Shown here: positions 24,866 through 30,922 of the stretch, one piece after another | Layout of the letters: the number at the start of each line of letters is the position of its first letter | Numbering within the stretch: position 1 is the first letter of the stretch | DNA from: a virus | Lineage: Duplodnaviria > Caudoviricetes | Length of the DNA: 30,922 nucleotides | Strand: one strand, 5' to 3' | IMG/VR virus record: IMGVR_UViG_3300046495_000047 | Location: 1-30,922 of that record | Notes under the pieces: generated by a model | Databases searched by the model: none | Seen by the model: the letters and a program-made list of their open reading frames with translations, nothing else | Told to the model about the DNA's origin: nothing | Program-made: the position numbers and the translations under genes

Positions 24866-26530
24866 CTAAGCGTCCTGGTTCGTGGCGGCACGCCCAGCGA
24901 GCTCGGCCAGGTACATGCCGCGGTAGACGAGATCGGTCAAAGCGTCCTCGTCAAGCGTGGCGTACCTGCGTTGCAGGCGCGCGCGTAGGTCGTCGTAGTC
25001 GGTGGCCGCCTCGAGTTCTTCGGCGATGGCCATCAGGGTTGGGCGCAGGGCCTTGTCGGCCTCGCGTGCCCCGCTCTCGGTGAGCTTGTCGGCGTAGACC
25101 TGGCCGTCAACGAAGCCCGGCGCGTTCTTGAGCGGCTCTCCGCTCGCAAGGCGCAGGGGCTTCTTCTTGGGCCGCTTCGAGAGCTTTAGGCGCGATGCCT
25201 TCTGCTCTTCGGTGGGTGGCTCCTTGGCCTCTCCAGGGTCCGCCGGCGGCTGCTTGCCGGGTGGGGGTGGGGGTTGGTTGGGTCCGCCCTGGCCCGGAGG
25301 CGTGGGCGGGGGTTCTGGGGGCTCCTGCTCCTCGAGCTCGAGCCCGTACTTCTCGGCCAGCTCCTCGACGTTGGTGACCTTGTAGCCGGCCGTCTTGATG
25401 GAGGTGAGCGCGTCGCCGAAGCTCTTGGCCGCGTCCGCGTCTGCCTTGGTGTCTTCGGAGGGCTCGGTCTGCCAGCTCGGGATTGGCACCACATCGAGCG
25501 TGACGCCTGCGAAGTTCAGCGCGGCCATCGGCAGGATGGCTTGCTCGCGCAGCTCGTCACCGAGCTTGCTGCCGTCCGCCTTGGCCTTGGCGAGCTCGAC
25601 GCCCCGGTGCACTTCGGCCGCCGCCTTCGAGCCCTGCTTCTCGGCGATCTCACTCGTGAGGTTCTGACCGAGCCAATGGATCTGAAACTTGCGGTCGCAG
25701 CGCGCGAGCTTCTTTTCGAAGCTCTGCCAGCTCTGGTCAGTCGCCTCGAGCAGCTCCAGGTCGAAGGCGGCGCCGTTCTCGTCGAGGTTCGTGGGGAGCA
25801 TCGCAACGGTTTCGTTGCCGAGCTCCTTGATGTCCTCGATGAAGTCTTCCTTGTCGCCCTCATCGGCGATGACCGGGACCTTCGCCTTGACGATCGGCAT
25901 GCCGTGCCGTTCGTTGAAGCGGTTCCAGTCTCGGATCGTGAGCTGCTTGGCGATCCAGGTGATCGCGAGCGAGCGCACCGAAGCGCGCATGTACCCGCGC
26001 GGCCCGTCGACCATCAGCAGCCACGTGCCGTCACCGGGCGTGACCTCGAGCTCGCCGCCCTGCGCGTTGTAGAACCACTTGTTGTTCCACGCTTGGTAGC
26101 GCAAGAAGTGCGGGGGCAACGTGCGGAGCTTGGCGGTCCACCGAGTGGGCCCGCGCGTCCAATCGAGCGTGGCAACGCTGACACCGAGCCAGCGGTACCA
26201 GCGCAGCCATTCCCCGAGCTCGCCGTCCGTGAAGCACTGGCCCCAGCGCGGCTCGAGGTCCTTCTTGATCTTGCCCGAGAGCTGCTGGTTGGTGATGTAC
26301 TCCGGGATGCACAGCTCGAAGTCCGATCCGAGCACCGAGTCCACGCGCTTCTCGACCAGCCCGGGCAGCTCGTCGTCCTCGCCCATCGACTCGACCAGCA
26401 TGGCCGAGCGTTCGAAGAACCCCTCGCGGTGCGAACGCAGGGCGTTCCTCACCTCGGAGATGGTCCAGGTGGGCTTGATGCCAGGCGTCCAGGGTAGGAC
26501 GCGCAAACGGCTGATGTCTGCGTTGGGCAT
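24866..26530 (-). CDS. Portal protein (Mu gp29 / DUF935-like)
   Basis: Motifs DW..F.E.HG.PI...K, LGQNLTS and GS.AAAEVH. Pro-rich insert before the C-terminal helical domain. Confidence 0.92.
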   Translation of the reverse strand: MPNADISRLRVLPWTPGIKPTWTISEVRNALRSHREGFFERSAMLVESMGEDDELPGLVEKRVDSVLGSDFELCIPEYITNQQLSGKIKKDLEPRWGQCFTDGELGEWLRWYRWLGVSVATLDWTRGPTRWTAKLRTLPPHFLRYQAWNNKWFYNAQGGELEVTPGDGTWLLMVDGPRGYMRASVRSLAITWIAKQLTIRDWNRFNERHGMPIVKAKVPVIADEGDKEDFIEDIKELGNETVAMLPTNLDENGAAFDLELLEATDQSWQSFEKKLARCDRKFQIHWLGQNLTSEIAEKQGSKAAAEVHRGVELAKAKADGSKLGDELREQAILPMAALNFAGVTLDVVPIPSWQTEPSEDTKADADAAKSFGDALTSIKTAGYKVTNVEELAEKYGLELEEQEPPEPPPTPPGQGGPNQPPPPPGKQPPADPGEAKEPPTEEQKASRLKLSKRPKKKPLRLASGEPLKNAPGFVDGQVYADKLTESGAREADKALRPTLMAIAEELEAATDYDDLRARLQRRYATLDEDALTDLVYRGMYLAELAGRAATNQDA

Positions 26531-26784
26531 CAAATGTAGTTGAGTTCGAACTCGACCGACTGCCGGCCAGCAAGCTTCACCAGGTGTGTGCGACGGCGCG
26601 CGAGCTCGAGGCCCGTGGCATCTTCATTCACGATTGCGGATAGGGCGCAGGTCGGGCAAAGCGGCTTATCCTCTTCGAGCCAGAACCACGCGCCGACTAC
26701 GAGCAGCACGCGGCAGCGGCGCTTGCCACGCCCTTGCGGGCGGCCCTTGCAGCGGGCGTCTTCGCCGATTTGGTACCAGGCCAT
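26530..26784 (-). CDS. Small Cys-containing (Zn-finger-like) protein
   Basis: GGAGG RBS; C...C and CPTC; TGATG coupling to the portal gene. Confidence 0.65.
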   Translation of the reverse strand: MAWYQIGEDARCKGRPQGRGKRRCRVLLVVGAWFWLEEDKPLCPTCALSAIVNEDATGLELARRRTHLVKLAGRQSVEFELNYI

Positions 26785-26802
26785 GCTTCCTCCATGGTTG
26801 GT

Positions 26803-28305
26803 TCACTCGCGAGGCTTCAAGCCCCGCTTCAGGTCTGAGTAGGCGGAACTACCGCCGCGATTGAGCTCGTCAAAGATGGTCGACAACGCGTCCACGTCGT
26901 CGTCGTGCTCTTTACCGGAGCCCGTGAAGTTCTGAATGATGTCCAGGAACGGGTACAGCCAGTCCTCGTTGCCTTCGAAGAGCTCGGGGTCGGGTACCAA
27001 GATGCGCCCCGCGTTCCATGCTGGCGCCGCATGCTGGCAGGACACCAGCTTGTCTCCCGGAGGCGTGTGCACCTCGAGCGGGAGCTTCATGCGCTTGAAG
27101 AAGGACGCGCTGCCCTTCTCGGTGCCCGATGCCCGCCAGTGCATGCGCCAGCGAGGCTTGCTCACCGTGCGGGCCTTGAGCGTGAGGGCGAACTCGGGCG
27201 CCTCGACCTGCGCGCGGTCCACTCGGATCACGTAGTACAGCGGCTCGTCGCCCCGATGCTTCGGCTCCTCGCGCCAGAGCTCGACGCAGATCGACCAGTC
27301 ACCGGAGGTCTTTGCCGAGTAGGCCAAGTCCAACCCGAAGCCGCCCTTGTAGGTCTTGGGCAGCGACGTGTAGTAGGTCGGCTCGTGGAAGATCTTGCCG
27401 CCCTTGGGGCGCGGCCGGCCCTGGAAGAGGGCTGAAAAGGTGAACTCGAGGACCTTGGCGCGCTTGGCTGCAATCGCCTCAGCGGGCCACTTCTCAGGGA
27501 AGAGCGCCTCACCAACCTGGCGCCCATTGGGGTCATCGATGACGACGCCGTTGTCGTTGACCGCGCCCTCGGCCAGGGCCTGCAGGTTGATGTACTGCCA
27601 GCCTTCGCCCTGCAGCACCCCGCTCAGGTCCTGGGGATGCCACCGCGTGGCAAGCAGGAAAATAGAGCCTCCCGGGTGGACGCGAGTCTCAATCGCCTCG
27701 CGGTAGGTCTCATCAACCAGCTCGCGGCGAGAGGTCGAGTCGGCCTCTTTGCGGTTCTTGTACGGGTCATCGATGAACGCGGCAGCGTCCACCGGCTCAC
27801 CCGTGATCCCTCCATCGATGGAGGTAAAGAGGATCTGCCCGCCGTTGGGCAGGTACATCTGAGCGAGCGTTCCGCCCGCGACCACGCCCGCGTTGGCGAG
27901 CAGGCGCTTGAACTTGCGCGCAACCGAGTTGGCCCGCTTCTGGTTGTAGGTGACGTAGGCCCAGCGCTTGCCCGGGTACTCGAGCACCAGAAAGGCAATC
28001 AGCGCGAGGGTGACCTCAGTCTTGCCATGCTGCGGAGGGGCCGCGAACACGAGCCGGAGCTCGCCGCCCACCGCGAGTAGCACCTGCCGGACGTAGACCC
28101 GAAAGTGCCAGGGTCGGAGCAGGTGCGGGTTGACCCGCTCGAAGAACTGCCAGAACCGCTCTTCAGTGGACTGGCTTGGGGTCGGCTGGTGCCCCGGCTG
28201 GTCCAGCGGGGCCAGGCTTGGGGCTTCCGCCTGCTGGTCGATCGCCCACTGGCGTATGCGCATTAAGCGCTGGATTTTGCCGATGAGGGCGAGGCTGCTT
28301 GCCAC
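26803..28305 (-). CDS. terL: Terminase large subunit
   Basis: Walker A APPQHGKT, Walker B AFIDDP, TRWH..DL.G, and nuclease motifs GLDLAYS and HDDDVDA. Start position uncertain. Confidence 0.93.
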   Translation of the reverse strand: MASSLALIGKIQRLMRIRQWAIDQQAEAPSLAPLDQPGHQPTPSQSTEERFWQFFERVNPHLLRPWHFRVYVRQVLLAVGGELRLVFAAPPQHGKTEVTLALIAFLVLEYPGKRWAYVTYNQKRANSVARKFKRLLANAGVVAGGTLAQMYLPNGGQILFTSIDGGITGEPVDAAAFIDDPYKNRKEADSTSRRELVDETYREAIETRVHPGGSIFLLATRWHPQDLSGVLQGEGWQYINLQALAEGAVNDNGVVIDDPNGRQVGEALFPEKWPAEAIAAKRAKVLEFTFSALFQGRPRPKGGKIFHEPTYYTSLPKTYKGGFGLDLAYSAKTSGDWSICVELWREEPKHRGDEPLYYVIRVDRAQVEAPEFALTLKARTVSKPRWRMHWRASGTEKGSASFFKRMKLPLEVHTPPGDKLVSCQHAAPAWNAGRILVPDPELFEGNEDWLYPFLDIIQNFTGSGKEHDDDVDALSTIFDELNRGGSSAYSDLKRGLKPRE

Positions 28306-28690
28306 TGGGGAGCACGTTCTCGGTGAGCAGCACCTCCGCGAGGATCTTTGCGCCGCCGGCTGCTTCTCGGAGGTCGCCGCGCTCGAACGGCTTCTGGCGT
28401 TGGAGGATCGCGAGGTGCCGCATGGTGGTGAGCAGCTCGTTCAGCGTCAGGACCGCGTTGCCCTGCCACTCGGTCTCAATGGCGATCTTCTTTCGATCCA
28501 CCAGCGCGGCGAGCTCGGGGGACTCACTCACCCGCTCCCTCCAACGGCCGAGCGTCCTTTCTGCTACGCCGTAGCGTTTGCAGGTCTCCGGGACGTTGGT
28601 CGAGAATGCCGCTTCGGCGACCAGGCTTGTGCCGAGATCGTCACTCAGCCACACATGGCGCTTATCGGGATTCCGGGGCTTCCTCGCCAA
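28163..28690 (-). CDS. HTH protein, probable terminase small subunit
   Basis: HTH ETCKRYGVAERTLGRWRER followed by helices. Directly upstream of, and overlapping, terL. Confidence 0.65.
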   Translation of the reverse strand: MARKPRNPDKRHVWLSDDLGTSLVAEAAFSTNVPETCKRYGVAERTLGRWRERVSESPELAALVDRKKIAIETEWQGNAVLTLNELLTTMRHLAILQRQKPFERGDLREAAGGAKILAEVLLTENVLPSGKQPRPHRQNPALNAHTPVGDRPAGGSPKPGPAGPAGAPADPKPVH

Positions 28691-28850
28691 AGTCGAGCGT
28701 CACTTTCACGCGGGATTCGCCACATTCGCAGGGCGTCCGGGCTTTGATGATCCAGGTGGCATCCACGCTGGCTATCTTCTTCCCCTCGGGTTCGCGCTCG
28801 ATGCCGCACTTGATGCACCGGGCCTGAAGCTCGAGGTTGAGTCCGAACAC
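28662..28850 (-). CDS. Small Zn-ribbon protein
   Basis: CIKC...CECG motifs, 62 aa, GTG start. Confidence 0.55.
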   Translation of the reverse strand: MFGLNLELQARCIKCGIEREPEGKKIASVDATWIIKARTPCECGESRVKVTLDFGEEAPESR

Positions 28851-28865
28851 CGCTTGAATCTAGCA
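28851..28865 (-). promoter_or_regulatory. Candidate extended -10 promoter (TGcTAGATT) for the late operon
   Basis: Minus strand reads TGCTAGATT, 6 nt upstream of the GTG at 28850, in one of the few intergenic gaps. Confidence 0.5.
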
Positions 28866-28906
28866 GTTTCCTGCCGGCGGGCGGTGTCAGTAAACAGCTG
28901 CGAGCT

Positions 28907-28936
28907 ATGGCCGATCATGGCCGACGATGGCCGTCG
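28907..28936. repeat. Three tandem 10-bp repeats ATGGCCGATC/ATGGCCGACG/ATGGCCGTCG
   Basis: Read directly at 28907, 28917 and 28927. Confidence 0.85.
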
Positions 28937-29286
28937 CGAAACGCTAGCTCAAGCGCTGAAATGGAAACATTCGTCTTTCGTTTCAATGCGTTATGAGATT
29001 GTCTGAGGGCGTCTAACCTTTTCTCCAGTTCCTCGATGCGGAGCAGGTGCTCACCGAGCCCGCGCTCGGCCTCGTCTGGGTCGTCCTCGACGCCAGCGAG
29101 TAGCGCCTGGGGGTTCACGAACCACTTCCGGGTCTTGCCCTTGAGGTTGTAGGAGCGCAGCACGCCGCCATCGAGCTTCTGGTGGAGCGCGACCATCCGG
29201 CGGCGCATCGTGCGCTCGGACACCCCCGCCGCGCGCGCCGTCTCCGCGAGGGGCAGCCAGCCCTTCAGCTCTCCGCGTCCGCCCAT
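28915..29286 (-). CDS. Winged-HTH (Xis/MerR-like) DNA-binding protein with coiled coil
   Basis: WLPLAETARAAGVSERTMRRR, wing RKWFVN and coiled coil RIEELEKRLDAL. Confidence 0.75.
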   Translation of the reverse strand: MGGRGELKGWLPLAETARAAGVSERTMRRRMVALHQKLDGGVLRSYNLKGKTRKWFVNPQALLAGVEDDPDEAERGLGEHLLRIEELEKRLDALRQSHNALKRKTNVSISALELAFRDGHRRP

Positions 29287-29792
29287 GCCCGGCTCTCCTG
29301 TGCCCCGGTTGCCTCCCAGGCCTGGTGAGCCGCCCGCACGCCCCGCTCTGCCCGCTCCTTGGCGGCTGAGCGCAGCTCCAGCGCGCCCTTGGCGCTCGGC
29401 TTATCACAGGCGGCAAGGAGCGCTGCGGGGTCAGGGGCGAGCAGCAACGCGGCCCGGGCGCAGAACCCGACGTAGCGCTCCAGAGCCCACCCGGCGTCCC
29501 GGGGCTGGTAGTGCACGGTGAGGATGCGCGTCTGCACCAGCTCGAGCTGCGCCCAGCGCTTGGAGAGGCGCCGCTCCCGGTCCACCGGGCTGGCCCCGCG
29601 GCCGCCCAGGTAGGCGATGCGGTTGAGCATAGCCTCGTCGAGGTCGCCACTGCCCGACACCCCGCCGCGCTCGATGGCGGCAATCACGGCGGCCATGGTG
29701 CCCCGCTGGCCGAGCGCAGAGGCCGCGCAGCGGAAGAGCCACTCGAGGTCGGTGGCCCACATGTCCGGGTGTGCTTGGCGCTGGTGCTTCAA
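29265..29792 (-). CDS. Hypothetical helical protein, possibly a transcriptional regulator
   Basis: Strong AGGAGG RBS with TTG start. RW..L......IL..HY resembles a sigma region 4-like lead-in, but this is weak. Confidence 0.6.
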   Translation of the reverse strand: MKHQRQAHPDMWATDLEWLFRCAASALGQRGTMAAVIAAIERGGVSGSGDLDEAMLNRIAYLGGRGASPVDRERRLSKRWAQLELVQTRILTVHYQPRDAGWALERYVGFCARAALLLAPDPAALLAACDKPSAKGALELRSAAKERAERGVRAAHQAWEATGAQESRAWADAES

Positions 29793-30007
29793 CGGATCCT
29801 CCTTGCTTCTCTGAACAACAGGTCAATCGCGCCGGGCTCGGGCCACGGCGGTTTGCGCTTTTTGCGTGGAACGCGTGTGGGCGGCGGGGGTGGGCTTGGC
29901 GGCTTGAGCTCGCCTGTCAGGGCACGCGCAAGGCGCCGCTTGATGAGCTTGGCCAACTCGGACGAATTCGGTTTGCTGTCACACCCGAGCGTGATGTTGA
30001 TCTTCAC
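29789..30007 (-). CDS. Small basic Pro-rich hypothetical protein
   Basis: GTGA/TTGA coupling on both sides. Confidence 0.5.
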   Translation of the reverse strand: MKINITLGCDSKPNSSELAKLIKRRLARALTGELKPPSPPPPPTRVPRKKRKPPWPEPGAIDLLFREARRIR

Positions 30008-30921
30008 GCGGACTTCCGATCATAAGTGCCCATCGTCTTGTGGGCTCTCCAGGCCGCTGCCTGCCTGCTGGACACGGCAAACGCTGACCAGTTCTTCTGG
30101 TCGGCGATGCAGCTCCTTCTGACGTAAGCGATCGACTCGGATTCTTTAAATCGCACGCACGGGACTAGCTCTGTTTCCCGCACGCACGGACCGACCTGAT
30201 CGTCCTCTACTGTTTGGTAGCGCGCTACTTCCACGCTACTGGCCAGACGCGCCCGACTCCAGACAGCATCGAGGCTGTCTCCGTGCAAAAAAGCGAAGTG
30301 ATCCATCCGCCAGTATCGATTGGCAGAAGCGCCATCATGCTTGAACACGACGCTCAACATTGGAGAGGCGTGACCTTTGTACTCAACAACAAGCTGCGGG
30401 ACCCAATCAAACCCAGTGGAGAGCCTGAGCGCCTCGGACAGCAGACATACCCGCGCCGTCAGCGAGCTGCTTCCAGGGTACGAACTCACCATGGATTTGA
30501 GTACGTCACGCACGTCCGTCTCCTGACCAACCAATATTCCCTCGAGACGTTTGCGCCAAGCGTGTCGCCTCTCGACGAGCAGTTGGCGTTGCCCACCAAA
30601 TGGGAGACCAACGCTCATTGAGTCGACCCCTTGGCTCCTACGCTCGCGTGAATTCTCCCTGCCCTTCAGGAGATTCACGCAAAGCACATCATCGCGACCC
30701 GAAAGCCAATTTGCCGTTTCGCAGATCGTTCTCAGCGTCGCGGTCCCAAGCGGGGCACAAAGATCCAAAAACACAGACAGTGGAGCATCGTCGCGGCTGT
30801 GCTGAGCTGCCCAGTCCTCAGCCCGCCCATGCCAATACAGCACGGAGCCACCACGGAGACGTTTACATTCCTCGAGTGCAGGCCCATTCGCATCGATGGC
30901 GATCATTCTCTCGCTGAGCAC
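30004..30921 (-). CDS. Hypothetical protein, possible class I SAM-dependent methyltransferase-like fold (5'-truncated)
   Basis: Open to the window end. MIAIDAN (strand-2 acidic residue) and VFLDLC (strand-4-like). Lower GC than neighbouring genes. Confidence 0.5.
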   Translation of the reverse strand: MLSERMIAIDANGPALEECKRLRGGSVLYWHGRAEDWAAQHSRDDAPLSVFLDLCAPLGTATLRTICETANWLSGRDDVLCVNLLKGRENSRERRSQGVDSMSVGLPFGGQRQLLVERRHAWRKRLEGILVGQETDVRDVLKSMVSSYPGSSSLTARVCLLSEALRLSTGFDWVPQLVVEYKGHASPMLSVVFKHDGASANRYWRMDHFAFLHGDSLDAVWSRARLASSVEVARYQTVEDDQVGPCVRETELVPCVRFKESESIAYVRRSCIADQKNWSAFAVSSRQAAAWRAHKTMGTYDRKSA

Positions 30922-30922
30922 A

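Larger units (their letters stand above)
1..30922. mobile_element. Phage/prophage region: Mu-like head module, contractile tail and lysis cassette
   Basis: Uninterrupted, translationally coupled run of terminase, portal, MuF, protease, MCP, sheath, tube, TMP and baseplate genes. No host housekeeping genes; element ends are not in the window. Confidence 0.95.

Noticed and set aside
1-30922. Stop-codon reassignment, tRNA genes, transposase or integrase
   Set aside because: Genes tile tightly under the standard code using all three stops. No cloverleaf or recombinase motifs were recognised, so transposable-phage status cannot be claimed.

Overview
The window is a GC-rich temperate phage or prophage segment holding a complete morphogenesis region for a contractile-tailed phage with Mu-like head genes. 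From right to left on the minus strand it encodes putative regulators, terminase, portal, a MuF minor head protein with a C-terminal HExxH extension plus a coupled small ORF, protease/scaffold, cement, major capsid, neck, sheath, tube, frameshifted tail chaperone, tape measure, baseplate, fibre-like proteins and an unusual five-gene lysis-like cassette. This operon converges at a bidirectional terminator (~1793-1827) with three plus-strand genes: a DUF6745-like repeat protein, a Dam-like methylase and a hypothetical. A two-gene antisense moron (a Gly/Cys-rich myxobacterial-style lipoprotein and a membrane protein) sits inside the baseplate cluster and suggests a Myxococcota (Polyangiales-like) host. 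The most notable features are: a MuF toxin/immunity candidate; a holin-like protein apparently fused to a lipoprotein-like domain and preceded by a 32-bp hairpin; a HExxE protein inside the lysis cassette; a candidate leaderless late promoter with three 10-bp phased repeats; and a cement-like domain fused to the gp36 neck adaptor. No integrase, transposase, RT, tRNA or CRISPR was seen. All family calls come from motif recognition and synteny, not database searches.
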